Source: Cyclobacteriaceae bacterium (GTDB lineage: Bacteria > Bacteroidota > Bacteroidia > Cytophagales > Cyclobacteriaceae). Taken from it: 64,000 nucleotides of DNA. The DNA lies in assembly GCA_044223085.1 (NCBI GenBank), contig JBGAMI010000015.1:8207-72206 (forward strand), in the 5' to 3' direction. Made by a program: the position numbers and the translations under genes. Each line of letters starts with the position of its first letter. Position 1 is the stretch's first letter. Positions 38,470-48,523 of this stretch are shown in pieces. Under the pieces are notes generated by a model. That model made no database searches. It was not told where the DNA came from and was given only the letters and a program-made list of their open reading frames with translations.

Positions 38470-39097
38470 GTTTTAGCTTACAGGTCCTCTTGAACTTATC
38501 GAACCGTGGCATGGATACGCCTTGCACGTAGGGATTGTTGGGATTGAAGTCAACGAAATTCTGGTGGTATCCTTCAGCCCTGTAGAAGGCATTGAGTGGC
38601 TTAATTTCGGATACTATTGGATCCTTGAAGGAGGAAGCAAAACTTTTTTTGGCCTGTTCGGCAAGTTGCTTTTCAGCCGGTGTAGAATAAAAGATGATCG
38701 ATCGGTAAGAATTGCCCTGGTCCGGACCTTGCCGGTCGACGGTGGTGGGGTCATGTGAAGTAAAAAATACCTTGAGGAGATCCGCATAGGAAATAACCTT
38801 GGGATCATAATACACGAGTACGGACTCAGCATGCCCGGTGGTCTCGGTGTTTACCAATTCATAACTGGGATTTATGGCAGTACCACCTGCATAACCTGAA
38901 GTAGCCGAGTCAACTCCCACAAGGGCCTCAAAGATGTGTTCAGAACACCAGAAGCAGCCTTCAGCAAAGGCGGCTACAGCCTTCCCGGCTGTGGCCTTGA
39001 GCGGAATAGACGTATCGCGGGATTTGCCCTTTTGGGCGTTGGATGACATCACGATAGCAATGACAGCAAGGGTGGAAAATAGGAATCGGCGAATCAT
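38462..39097 (-). CDS. msrA: Peptide-methionine (S)-S-oxide reductase MsrA, with signal peptide
   Basis: FAEGCFWCSE (a GCFWG-type active site), GYAGG, TGHAESVLVYYDP and GYHQNF are present. The N-terminus MIRRFLFSTLAVIAIVMSSNAQ looks like a signal peptide. Confidence 0.9.
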   Translation of the reverse strand: MIRRFLFSTLAVIAIVMSSNAQKGKSRDTSIPLKATAGKAVAAFAEGCFWCSEHIFEALVGVDSATSGYAGGTAINPSYELVNTETTGHAESVLVYYDPKVISYADLLKVFFTSHDPTTVDRQGPDQGNSYRSIIFYSTPAEKQLAEQAKKSFASSFKDPIVSEIKPLNAFYRAEGYHQNFVDFNPNNPYVQGVSMPRFDKFKRTCKLKLR

Positions 39098-39180
39098 AAG
39101 TTATTGATTTAGATACACGGTTAACGCGCACAGGCCCAGAAGGGTTCTGAAAATCAATCCTATTGTCGCGCAGGCGTCAA

Positions 39181-42100
39181 TTACGCCAACTCGCGCATAT
39201 CCACGGGCACTACCCTGGATATCCCTTTTTCCACCATGGTCACACCATAGATCACATCGGTGGTGGTCATGGTGCGCTTGTTGTGGGTCACAATAATGAA
39301 CTGGGAATCCTTGCTAAAGCTGCGAATGATGTTGTTGAACTTGTCGATGTTGGCATCATCGAGCGGGGCATCCACCTCATCAAAAATACAGAAGGGGGCA
39401 GGTTTCAACAGGTACATGGAAAACAACAGCGCCGTAGCCGTCAATGTCTTTTCTCCGCCACTCAGTGCATTGATCGTCAAAGGGCGCTTGCCTTTGGGTT
39501 TTGCAATGATGTCGATTTCAGATTCCAGGGGACGGGTGGGATCAACCAGCTTCAGGTCACAATCATCGCCTTCATTGAAGAGCGACCGGAATACCGTGAT
39601 AAAATGCTCTTTGATTTTGGTAAAGGCATCCATAAAGGTCTGGCTGGCCACACCTTCAATTTCAGTTATTGTATTGAACAACGACTCTTTGGCCTTCAGC
39701 AAGTCATCTTTCTGGGTAATGATGAAGTCATTCCGTTCCTTGATCTCATTATAGGCCTCCATGGCCATCGGGTTGATGGGGCCCATGTTGTCAATTTTCT
39801 CCCGGATGCGGGTGACATCGTTGCGGAGCTTTTCTTCATCTACTGCCTGTAATTGCTGCGCTTCTTCTTCTGTGGCCTGGGTAAGGATGTCGTCCATAAC
39901 GACGTTGAATTCTACGGACAACCGCTCTTTGACAGAGTTTAACTCAAGCTTGCTTTCGTTTAATTGGTTCTGAAGTTGCATCAGCAATGAATCAATGTTT
40001 TCACGCTGGTGCTGAAGATTCCGGAGATCTTTTTCAACGGCGTCAATATCTCCGCGCGCCGCATAGTAGTCACGCTCAGCCTCATTCAGGCCACGCTCCA
40101 TTTCATCTTTTTCTGCGTACAACTTGATGAGTTCTTCATCGCCAGATTGGGTGCTCTCAAAGATGGTACGGATCTCCTCTTCATTGTGCTTTAGCTCAAC
40201 TGAATTGGCGGTGATCCGCTGACTGCCTTGCTCTACGGCTTCCTGCTTAAACCGGATTTCCTGCTCGAGGCTGCGTACCCGGTTGGTTTGCTGGTGGAAG
40301 AAGATATTTTGTTCATTAAACGCATTGGACTTCTGGCTGAGCAACTCATTCTGTGCGGTAAGTCCGTCACTCATCTGCTTCAGTTTTTCATCCAGGTCAT
40401 TCAGCTCGAAGGTGATACGTTGCGACCTTGGGCGGAGTTCATCCAATTCCTTTAACAGGATGTCTATCTTCTCAAGAATGTCTTCCCGCCGCAGATCGGC
40501 GTTGTTGATCATCTCCGCGAACTGCTCTTTCTTTGTTTTTACCGAAATGAACTCATCGTTAACCTGCTTGATGGCATTCTGTGCCTCTTCAATAGTCACT
40601 TTCAGGTTGTTATTGCGCAACCGTTCCAATTCGCGCTGACGATCGAGCAGGGAATACCGCACTTCTTCCAGCTTCTTGTTCAGTTCTTTGATCTCCTTGT
40701 CCAGCTTTTCAAGGTTCTTGGCCCGGCCAATTTTCTTTCCTTCAAAGAGACCTACAGAGCCACCGGACAAGCTGAAGCGCCGGCGGGTGTATTTCCCGCT
40801 CTTGGTAATAAATGTATTGTCGTCATCGGCTGCTACCGACTTCAAATCACCCTCTACAAAATAAACACGATCCAGGATGAACGACATGAGCTTGCCATAC
40901 TTCGGATCAAATTCGATAACCTGTGTCGCCGGATAAGCATTCTGATAGATGTTCAGGTTATTGGGAACAAACTTCTCGAAAGCGTCCAGGATGAAGAAGT
41001 TGGCTTTGCCTTTGCTGGCATCACTCAGGATATTGATGGCATCGTATGCCTCGGCCTCGTGATCAACGATGTAATAGTTGAGATAGGGCTCCAGGTAGTT
41101 TTCAATCGCCACACGATATTCCTCAGGACAGGTGAGGATGTCGGATAGGAGCGGGGCGTTACGGGTCCATTCGACCTTCTTCTTTAGGAATTTGATGGCT
41201 TCGGGAAACCCTTCCAGATTCTCGACCAGTGATTTAGTCAGTTGATATTCGTTCTGGCGGGCATCCAGCTTGCGACCGGTTTCGGTCAGCTCTTCCCGAA
41301 TCATGTCAATGGTTTTTTCCAAAGAACTGATGCGCGCAATGACATCGTTCTCTTCGTTCTTCAGTTCGATCAGGCGTTGGTTCTTTTCCTGAATCTGTTC
41401 CTGGAGGACCACCAGTTTATTCTCAAACTCCACCAGGCTGGCACTTTGATGGCTGGTATCGGTAGTGGCGCGATCGATTTCCTGCTTGAGGGAGGCAATC
41501 TGAATCTCACGGATTTCTACGTCCTTGTTGATCTGAAATGATTCCTCCTGCTTGGTGCGCTGTTCGTTGCGCAGGGTGTCTACATCAATCTGTAGTTGAT
41601 TGGTAGAAATTTTCTGGGCATCATACTCTGCCTTGATGCTTTCTGCCTTGGCAGCAATCTCCTGCAGAATCAGGTTGGCCGACTGCTCTTCGGATTGCAG
41701 ACTCTGGATGGCGAATGCCGCACGCTCGTTGCTTTTCTTGTCCTGGTCAATCTGGTCGCGAAGACTGGCAGCGCGGTCATTCAGAAAACGGAGGCGCTCA
41801 TTATTGATCTGCTTCTCGCTTTCGCGTTGACGAATATTGGCAACGTGATCGTTGATCGTCTTTTGACGTGTTGAAAGGGTTTTTTCCTTAGTAATCAGTT
41901 CGGCTTTTTCATTCTCAATCGACGCCTCTTTCTCGGCGATGGAAGTTGTCAGGGAAAGCTTGCGGTCATTCTCAGCATCAATTTGCTGGTTGACACTGTT
42001 GAATTTCTCTTTCTGCTTATTCACCACCACTTTGGCCAGCAGAATGCTCTTCTCTTTATAGTCTTCTTTGGCCTTGTAATAAGTCTCGGTTTGCTTGGCC

Positions 42101-42723
42101 TGCTTCTCCAGGCTCTTCATGTTCTTCTCTATCTCAAACAACAAATCATCTACGCGTTCGAGGTCTGCGTCTGTATCTTCCAGTTTTTTGAGTGTCTCTT
42201 TCTTCCTTTTCTTGAATTTGGAGATACCGGCCGCTTCTTCGAACAGCATGCGGCGGGAGTTATCACGGTCGTTGAGGAGGTCGTCAACCATACCCAACTC
42301 AATAATGGAATAGCTGTTGGAAGCCACGCCAGTATCCAGGAATAAATTGGTAATGTCCTTCAACCGACAGGTTACACCATTGAGCAGGTACTCACTTTCA
42401 CCAGAGCGATACAACCGACGGGTAATGGTTACCTGGGAATACTCAGTAGGGAGGAGATTCTTGGTGTTGTTGATGGTCAGAGAAACCTCTGCCATTTGCA
42501 ACGGGGAGCGCTGGTTGGTACCGTTGAAGATAATGTTCTCCATCTTCTCCGAACGCAAGGCGCTGGTTTTCTGCTCTCCCAGCACCCACCGGATCGAGTC
42601 AACAACATTGGACTTACCGCAGCCGTTTGGCCCCACAATACCTGTAACCCCTTCATCAAAATTGATGACGATTTTATCTGCAAAACTCTTGAATCCCTTG
42701 ATCTCTAACTTGGATAACTGCAT
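39181..42723 (-). CDS. smc: Chromosome segregation protein SMC
   Basis: The N-terminus is MQLSKLEIKGFKSFADK..IVGPNGCGKSNVVDSIRWVLGEQ. It has long coiled coils and a hinge. The C-terminal signature is LSGGEKTLTATALLF..FCIFDEVDAPLDD. Confidence 0.95.
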   Translation of the reverse strand: MQLSKLEIKGFKSFADKIVINFDEGVTGIVGPNGCGKSNVVDSIRWVLGEQKTSALRSEKMENIIFNGTNQRSPLQMAEVSLTINNTKNLLPTEYSQVTITRRLYRSGESEYLLNGVTCRLKDITNLFLDTGVASNSYSIIELGMVDDLLNDRDNSRRMLFEEAAGISKFKKRKKETLKKLEDTDADLERVDDLLFEIEKNMKSLEKQAKQTETYYKAKEDYKEKSILLAKVVVNKQKEKFNSVNQQIDAENDRKLSLTTSIAEKEASIENEKAELITKEKTLSTRQKTINDHVANIRQRESEKQINNERLRFLNDRAASLRDQIDQDKKSNERAAFAIQSLQSEEQSANLILQEIAAKAESIKAEYDAQKISTNQLQIDVDTLRNEQRTKQEESFQINKDVEIREIQIASLKQEIDRATTDTSHQSASLVEFENKLVVLQEQIQEKNQRLIELKNEENDVIARISSLEKTIDMIREELTETGRKLDARQNEYQLTKSLVENLEGFPEAIKFLKKKVEWTRNAPLLSDILTCPEEYRVAIENYLEPYLNYYIVDHEAEAYDAINILSDASKGKANFFILDAFEKFVPNNLNIYQNAYPATQVIEFDPKYGKLMSFILDRVYFVEGDLKSVAADDDNTFITKSGKYTRRRFSLSGGSVGLFEGKKIGRAKNLEKLDKEIKELNKKLEEVRYSLLDRQRELERLRNNNLKVTIEEAQNAIKQVNDEFISVKTKKEQFAEMINNADLRREDILEKIDILLKELDELRPRSQRITFELNDLDEKLKQMSDGLTAQNELLSQKSNAFNEQNIFFHQQTNRVRSLEQEIRFKQEAVEQGSQRITANSVELKHNEEEIRTIFESTQSGDEELIKLYAEKDEMERGLNEAERDYYAARGDIDAVEKDLRNLQHQRENIDSLLMQLQNQLNESKLELNSVKERLSVEFNVVMDDILTQATEEEAQQLQAVDEEKLRNDVTRIREKIDNMGPINPMAMEAYNEIKERNDFIITQKDDLLKAKESLFNTITEIEGVASQTFMDAFTKIKEHFITVFRSLFNEGDDCDLKLVDPTRPLESEIDIIAKPKGKRPLTINALSGGEKTLTATALLFSMYLLKPAPFCIFDEVDAPLDDANIDKFNNIIRSFSKDSQFIIVTHNKRTMTTTDVIYGVTMVEKGISRVVPVDMRELA

Positions 42724-42917
42724 TCTCTACTGATCTTATGAGGCCTAAATAAAGTTGGCAAAGATATAAGGAAATATGAATCACCGTCAGCCTTTTTTCG
42801 GCCTTCAAGCATCACTTTAAGTAAGGCGCTGACAGGCACTGCAATTCAAAAAATACTTCCAAAATTTGGAGACCATAAGGCTGAGCAGACCCGCAAATTT
42901 TAGGTACTTTTGAAAGC

Positions 42918-43421
42918 ATGGAAATCAAAATCATCGTCTGGATCATCATTGGCCTGATTTATATTTTCAGCCGGTCCAAGAAGAAGCAATCGCCACCTCC
43001 ATCACCGACGCCAGAGGCCGGTGGCGATGGTCACAAGCCGATGACTTTTGAGGAGCTGCTCCAGGAAATCCAGCAGGGCAAAAAGGTAGAAGAACCTGTA
43101 CCAGCACCTGTTGTGGTGCCCAGGCCCGTGGTTCAGAGCACTTACACGGAACCCAAGCCTTTGGAGGACGTGGACTATGACTATCGGAAGCAGGACAGGA
43201 TCTATGAAATCTATGATCAGGCCACCCGCGATGCCTTCCAGCGACCATCCCTCGAGGAAACGATGAAGTTGGAAGACACGATTGTTCGCTATAAGCAATT
43301 CAAGTCCTACGAAAAGGAATCCAAACCAAGCCTCGCTCGTCAGTATGCCCTCGAACTCAGGGATCCGACCAATTTTCGCAAGGCATTCATCATGAGCGAG
43401 ATTCTCAACCGGCGGTTTTAA
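42918..43421 (+). CDS. Hypothetical membrane-anchored protein
   Basis: It has an N-terminal TM helix (IIVWIIIGLIYIF), a Pro-rich linker and a charged C-terminal region. I recognise no family. Confidence 0.5.
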   Translation: MEIKIIVWIIIGLIYIFSRSKKKQSPPPSPTPEAGGDGHKPMTFEELLQEIQQGKKVEEPVPAPVVVPRPVVQSTYTEPKPLEDVDYDYRKQDRIYEIYDQATRDAFQRPSLEETMKLEDTIVRYKQFKSYEKESKPSLARQYALELRDPTNFRKAFIMSEILNRRF

Positions 43422-44472
43422 CCCCCTGAAGGAATTTCATAGTATCCATGCCGTCAGCGTAGTCGTCTACGGCCGGCCACTGTGCGGTGCCAAACGGAAT
43501 ACTGCCTGGATACCAGGCCTGTGCCGAAACGATCACCTGAATCTTCCTCTTCTCTTCTTCCAGTCGTTTTCGCAACGCATCCTGACTGTTATAGCGCTCA
43601 TAGAATACGGTGGCTACCGGGGACACTAATTGATCACTTTCCCTGAGTAGTACAATTTCCCCGTCAAGGAATTTTGATTGATTCAGCAACAACAAGGATT
43701 TCTGATATTCGTAGTTGTTGGCGTACTTATGATGGTCAATGACGGCCGAATAGGATTTCCAGGAAGCGAGTAATTGAGCAGGATCAAAATCCTGCGGGAT
43801 GAAAATCTTGGATACATTGCGGCACCCCAGCCCGAAATAGCTAAAGATGTCGGCGCCCAGTTGAACAAACTCGGCTTCAGGTTCTTCGCCAACGATCACG
43901 GCACACGAAGACCGGTTCTTTCGGATGATATGGGGGATTCCGCGAAAATAGTATTCAAAGTACCGCGCTGTGTTATCGCTTCCGGTGGCAATCATGGCGT
44001 CGGTATGATTGAGCCGGTCCGACCATTCCACCCTTGCGGCTAGTGCCGGGTCTATTTGACCGAGTTGTTGATGGATGAATTTCAGGAGGACTGTATCTGA
44101 ACTGCTTAGTTTGGCCTTGAGGTGGTGACCGGCCATCAGAACACATAGGTAATCGTGAAATCCAACAGCCGGAATATTGCCTGCCATGGCCACGCCGATT
44201 ATAGCAGGCGACTTGGGTTCATGGGGGTATCGGCGGGTCCAGGTAGGTAGTATTTCGGGTTCGAGTAGTTTGCAGATTCCATCCAGGGCCATGTTAATGC
44301 TTTCGGCTGTGAACCAGCCGTTTTCATTTTTGGCGGCAGAAGCCAAGGCAGCCCGCTCTCTGCTGTCCATGGTTTGCAGGACATGCCGGAGTTTTACAAA
44401 AGCCTCAATTCTATCAGACTGTAGCATAACGTTGAACTTTCGGCCGGCGCGTTTGTTTTGAGAGTTGTTCAA
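43405..44472 (-). CDS. LuxC-like acyl-CoA reductase family protein
   Basis: Its size (~340-355 aa), its composition and its divergent pairing with a 2x[4Fe-4S] ferredoxin are typical of the Bacteroidota 'acyl-CoA reductase' family. The assignment comes from recollection of that family, not from a diagnostic motif. The start may be the Met at 44427. Confidence 0.5.
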   Translation of the reverse strand: MNNSQNKRAGRKFNVMLQSDRIEAFVKLRHVLQTMDSRERAALASAAKNENGWFTAESINMALDGICKLLEPEILPTWTRRYPHEPKSPAIIGVAMAGNIPAVGFHDYLCVLMAGHHLKAKLSSSDTVLLKFIHQQLGQIDPALAARVEWSDRLNHTDAMIATGSDNTARYFEYYFRGIPHIIRKNRSSCAVIVGEEPEAEFVQLGADIFSYFGLGCRNVSKIFIPQDFDPAQLLASWKSYSAVIDHHKYANNYEYQKSLLLLNQSKFLDGEIVLLRESDQLVSPVATVFYERYNSQDALRKRLEEEKRKIQVIVSAQAWYPGSIPFGTAQWPAVDDYADGMDTMKFLQGVKTAG

Positions 44473-44516
44473 ACGGCCGTATTTTTGCGGTCAAAATTAG
44501 GAGAAACGAGCACAGC

Positions 44517-44876
44517 ATGGCGATAAAGATTACAGACGAGTGCATTAATTGTGGAGCCTGTGAGCCGGAATGCCCAAATACAGCCATCTATGAGGGGGGC
44601 CGGGAGTGGACATGGGCTGGTGGTACCAAACTCACGGAGGTAGCTTCCGACGGTGGTTCAAAAGTGGACGCAAAATCTCCCCAGGCACCCGTTTCCGATG
44701 AGTTCTATTTTATTGTGTCTGGTAAATGCACCGAGTGTACCGGGTTCCACGAAGAGCCACAGTGTGCGGCAGTATGTCCGGTAGATTGCTGTGTACCCGA
44801 TCCTGACCATGTAGAGACGAAGGAAGTGCTGATGGCCAAAAAGGCATACTTACATAACGAGTCGCTGCAGTCCTGA
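44517..44876 (+). CDS. 4Fe-4S dicluster ferredoxin
   Basis: Two Cys clusters are present: [12 protein letters not shown] and [18 protein letters not shown]. Confidence 0.9.
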   Translation: MAIKITDECINCGACEPECPNTAIYEGGREWTWAGGTKLTEVASDGGSKVDAKSPQAPVSDEFYFIVSGKCTECTGFHEEPQCAAVCPVDCCVPDPDHVETKEVLMAKKAYLHNESLQS

Positions 44877-44879
44877 AGA

Positions 44880-45788
44880 CTATCTCATTTTTGACCGCTT
44901 AATCAGGTAGGCCTGCAATACGGTAAAGAAATCCGTATTGGTATTGGCAGAGATAAAGTCAATCTTTAATTGATTACACTTTAGCTTTAACATGCGGTGA
45001 AATTGCTCCACCGATTGCTGATACCGATCCCGGATTTCAGCCGGATTTAAGCGAAGTCTTTCGCCACTCTCGAGATCGACAAATTCATAGGGTTTCTCGT
45101 CAAACCGAAACTCGAGTTCGGTATCATGGTCACTCACATGAAAAAGCAGCACCTCATGGTGGTTATGTTTCAGGTGCTGAAGTGCTTTAAAGACTTCTTC
45201 CTGGTCTTCGGCATTCTCGAACATGTCGCTGAACAGGATGACCAGTGATCGCTTGTGAATTTTCTCGGCCACCTCATGCAATACAGGGGCTACGCGTGTG
45301 GTCTTGAGTAAAGGCTGCTTGCTCTCCAACTTCTTTTCGAGCAGGGTGTACAGTTTATCCAGGTGAGATCGGGTGGACCTGACCTGTGTGAGTTCGTCGA
45401 TTTTGTCTGAGAAGAGGCAAAAGCCCACAGCGTCGCGCTGTTTGTGAAGCAGGTAGGCGAGGGCTGACGCAGCATAGGTGCTGAAACGCAACTTGGCCAG
45501 CGTTTCGGGTGGGTAGTACATGCTCGCTGACGTGTCCAGTACAATCAGGCATCGAAGGTTGGTCTCTTCCTCATACTGCTTGGTATACAACCGATCAGTC
45601 CGAGCATACACTTTCCAATCCAGGTGCCGGGTGCTTTGGCCCTCATTGTATAGCCGATGTTCTGCAAATTCAACCGAAAATCCATGGTATGGTGATTTGT
45701 GCAGACCCGTAATAAACCCCTCTACCAATTGCCTGGCAAGCAATTCGAGGCTGGAGGCAGGGCTCAGATCAGTCAGTTTAGTGCTCAA
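44880..45788 (-). CDS. DUF58 domain-containing protein (vWA-like)
   Basis: LHKSPYHGFSVEFAEHRLYNEGQSTRHLDWKVYARTDRLYTKQYEEETNLRCLIVLDTSASM is the canonical DUF58 core. Confidence 0.85.
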   Translation of the reverse strand: MSTKLTDLSPASSLELLARQLVEGFITGLHKSPYHGFSVEFAEHRLYNEGQSTRHLDWKVYARTDRLYTKQYEEETNLRCLIVLDTSASMYYPPETLAKLRFSTYAASALAYLLHKQRDAVGFCLFSDKIDELTQVRSTRSHLDKLYTLLEKKLESKQPLLKTTRVAPVLHEVAEKIHKRSLVILFSDMFENAEDQEEVFKALQHLKHNHHEVLLFHVSDHDTELEFRFDEKPYEFVDLESGERLRLNPAEIRDRYQQSVEQFHRMLKLKCNQLKIDFISANTNTDFFTVLQAYLIKRSKMR

Positions 45789-45940
45789 TGGATCTTTCGG
45801 ACTGGCCGTTTTGGATGAGCCCGGAGTCCAAAAATAGGCGCTTATAACCGGATTTTATGACCCCATGTTTGCAATATTTTTGCAAACCACTATCTTCGGT
45901 GATACCAAAACCCTTGATAGCTAACCTAAACCTTTGATCT

Positions 45941-46312
45941 GTGGACGAGCAAAAGAATGGCAGAGATGAGATCTTCTCCGAGAAAGTAAAAGCAGGCAAG
46001 CGGACCTATTTTTTCGACGTGAAGTCGACCCGTTCAAATGATTACTACCTGACTATCACCGAAAGCAAGAAGCGGTATAACAAGGATGATGAAGGATTCA
46101 CGTACGAAAAACACAAGATATTCCTGTATAAGGAGGATTTTAATAAGTTCCTGGGTGCATTGAACAATACGGTAAACCATGTAAAGACCGAGTTGATGCC
46201 CGATGTTGACTTTACCCAATTTGATCACGCACGCGACGAAAATGAAGAAATTACCCTCGACGCTGATAGCCAGAACAAGTCTTCTGTTGATTCAGAGTTG
46301 AAGTGGGATTAA
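45941..46312 (+). CDS. PUR-alpha-like nucleic-acid-binding protein (DUF3276 family)
   Basis: EIFSEKVKAGKRTYFFDVKSTRSNDYYLTITESKK....KIFLYKEDFNKFL is a PUR-repeat pattern. The start is GTG. Confidence 0.7.
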   Translation: MDEQKNGRDEIFSEKVKAGKRTYFFDVKSTRSNDYYLTITESKKRYNKDDEGFTYEKHKIFLYKEDFNKFLGALNNTVNHVKTELMPDVDFTQFDHARDENEEITLDADSQNKSSVDSELKWD

Positions 46313-46342
46313 CGATACCTAACCTGGTACCTAAACCGAAAG

Positions 46343-46379
46343 CCCTGACCCTGTAATGGGGGTCGGGGTTTTTTATTTT
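46343..46379 (+). terminator. Rho-independent terminator downstream of the PUR-like gene
   Basis: A 9-bp stem CCCTGACCC/GGGTCGGGG (one G-U pair) has an 8-nt loop and is followed by TTTTTTATTTT. Confidence 0.65.
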
Positions 46380-46466
46380 GGGAATGGAGCATGCCCGCCC
46401 GTCAAACCGTATATTTGCCGGACTTTTTGCGGCTAACTAATTTCCAGCCCGCGGGAAGCTTAAGCT

Positions 46467-47564
46467 ATGGGTCTAAAATGCGGTATCGTTGGTCTTCCGA
46501 ATGTAGGTAAATCAACCCTCTTTAATGCGCTCTCCAACAACAAAGCGGAAGCAGCCAATTTTCCATTCTGTACTATTGAGCCCAATGTGGGCGTAATTTC
46601 AGTGCCTGATGAGCGCCTGAACATCCTCGCGTCGCTGGTGAACCCGGCCCGGGTACTGCCCACGTCCTTTGAATTTGTTGATATCGCCGGACTCGTTAAG
46701 GGTGCATCCAAGGGAGAAGGCCTCGGCAACCAGTTCCTGGCAAACATCCGGGAAGTAGATGCCATCGCCCATGTGGTACGGTGCTTTGAGAATGACAATA
46801 TCATACACGTTGACGGCAGGGTGAACCCGGTAGCAGACAAAGAAATTATCGATACCGAACTTCAGCTACGTGACCTCGATTCGGTAGAAAAGAAAATATC
46901 CAAGGTTGAGCGCACAGCCAAGAGCGGCGATGCCAAAGCCAAGAAAGAACTCGCTGCCTTGCAGTTGTTTCAGCAGGCATTGCAGGGTGGAAAAAACGCC
47001 CGAAGCGTTGTAACTGATGCTGAGGATCGAAAGGCAATTGAAGACCTCCAGCTCCTTACGGACAAGCCGGTAATTTATGTGGCCAACGTAGAGGAGTCAG
47101 CGGTGTTAACCGGCAATAAACACGTAGAGGCCCTGAAGAACCTGGTAAAGGACGAGGGTGCTGAAGTAGTAATGGTTTGTGCTGCCATTGAAGCACAAAT
47201 TGCCGAGTTGGAATCCAGAGAAGACAGGGAGGTATTTCTCGCTGAATATGGACTCAAGGAATCCGGCCTCAACAAGCTGGTACATGCCGCCTATCATTTG
47301 CTTGACCTGATCACCTACTTCACGGCTGGAGTTCAGGAAGTGCGCGCCTGGACTATTCACCGGGGCTGGAAGGCTCCCCAGGCCGCTGGCGTAATCCACA
47401 GCGACTTTGAAAAGGGATTCATCCGGGCTGAGGTCATCAAGATTCCTGACTACCAAAAGTACAAGACTGAAGTTGCTATTAAAGAGGCTGGTAGACTGGC
47501 TGTTGAAGGCAAGGACTATGTAGTCGAGGACGGTGATGTCATGCACTTTAGATTTAACGTCTGA
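46467..47564 (+). CDS. ychF: Redox-regulated ribosome-binding ATPase YchF
   Basis: [23 protein letters not shown], the [11 protein letters not shown]-motifs and the C-terminal TGS-like [10 protein letters not shown] are present. Confidence 0.95.
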   Translation: MGLKCGIVGLPNVGKSTLFNALSNNKAEAANFPFCTIEPNVGVISVPDERLNILASLVNPARVLPTSFEFVDIAGLVKGASKGEGLGNQFLANIREVDAIAHVVRCFENDNIIHVDGRVNPVADKEIIDTELQLRDLDSVEKKISKVERTAKSGDAKAKKELAALQLFQQALQGGKNARSVVTDAEDRKAIEDLQLLTDKPVIYVANVEESAVLTGNKHVEALKNLVKDEGAEVVMVCAAIEAQIAELESREDREVFLAEYGLKESGLNKLVHAAYHLLDLITYFTAGVQEVRAWTIHRGWKAPQAAGVIHSDFEKGFIRAEVIKIPDYQKYKTEVAIKEAGRLAVEGKDYVVEDGDVMHFRFNV

Positions 47565-47722
47565 TTTATTTGATAGAGATCAATTTTTTGATTCTCAGCA
47601 CGTTACCGCTTACTTAAAATATTCCTTTTACCTCCGCTTCCGTAATACCTGATTTTTAGTACTTTAGCTATCCGCACTGACCATTTTTTGCGGTTTGGTA
47701 GTATTTTTTACCAGGTATACCA

Positions 47723-48523
47723 GTGAGAATCAGGATAGTTTTTACGCTTAAGAATAAGGGTGCTTATGTCCCCTTCCATCATCAGTTTTTGCTAGCGCAA
47801 ACGGTGAAGGGATTGATCGTTGCCGGCAAGAGTGCGGCATACCAGCAGTTCACTCATTTCAACTTTTCAGGTTTAAAGGGCCAGACCAAAATCAGCCGCA
47901 AGGGCCTTCACTTTTACTCCTCGCGGGTGACTTTGGTTTTTTCAACTTCTGACAAAGGATTTCTGGATTACTTCCTGGGCGTGTTATTTGAGCAAAAGGA
48001 AATAGTGATTGGTACCCTGCAATTGTCTCCGGTTGTTGTAGAGCAGGAGGAACCTGTTTCTGTTTCAGAGAGTGTGAAATTCCTCTGCATTTCTCCTATT
48101 GTTACGGTGGAGGCAGCGTTCAATGATGAAGCTGGCAAGCGGTTTATCAACCCGGAGACAGACGAGTTTTCAGATCTGTTGTATGAAGCTACCATAGCCC
48201 AGATGCAAAGCTCCGGTAAGTTCACTGCTGCGCAGATGGCAGAGTTCTACAAATTTCAACTGGTTCCTGACAAAGACTATTTGAACCGCATACAAGCGAG
48301 CCATAAGAAGTTTGCGCGTATCTATCCACTGTATGATGCCGACATTAAGTACGAAGTAAGAGGTTATACATTCCCGTTCACCTTATTTGCACCCCCGGCC
48401 GTTCAGCAATTTGTTTACGAACATGGCCTTGGCTACTTCTCCCACAAGGGATTTGGCATGCTCGACATGGCCAATCATAATCCGATAAAGAAAGAAGCCG
48501 ATCTCGAGTTGGTATACGCTTAG
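47723..48523 (+). CDS. cas6: Stand-alone Cas6-family (RAMP) endoribonuclease homolog
   Basis: The N-terminus MRIRIVFTLKNKGAYVPFHHQFLLAQTVKGLI parallels Pyrococcus Cas6 [34 protein letters not shown]. The central FLCISPIVTV parallels FVTLSPIAVTV. The C-terminal G-rich loop GLGYFSHKGFGML parallels GFGEKNSLGFGMV. The start is GTG. Confidence 0.8.
   Translation: MRIRIVFTLKNKGAYVPFHHQFLLAQTVKGLIVAGKSAAYQQFTHFNFSGLKGQTKISRKGLHFYSSRVTLVFSTSDKGFLDYFLGVLFEQKEIVIGTLQLSPVVVEQEEPVSVSESVKFLCISPIVTVEAAFNDEAGKRFINPETDEFSDLLYEATIAQMQSSGKFTAAQMAEFYKFQLVPDKDYLNRIQASHKKFARIYPLYDADIKYEVRGYTFPFTLFAPPAVQQFVYEHGLGYFSHKGFGMLDMANHNPIKKEADLELVYA

Noticed and set aside
39163-42733. Many plus-strand ORFs antisense to smc. 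Examples are 39163..39852, 39260..39754, 41983..42345 and 42317..42733.
   Set aside because: The smc frame has unambiguous Walker A, coiled-coil, hinge and signature motifs along its entire length. The antisense ORFs are low-complexity Leu/Phe/Ser-rich artefacts of the Glu/Lys-rich coiled-coil codons.
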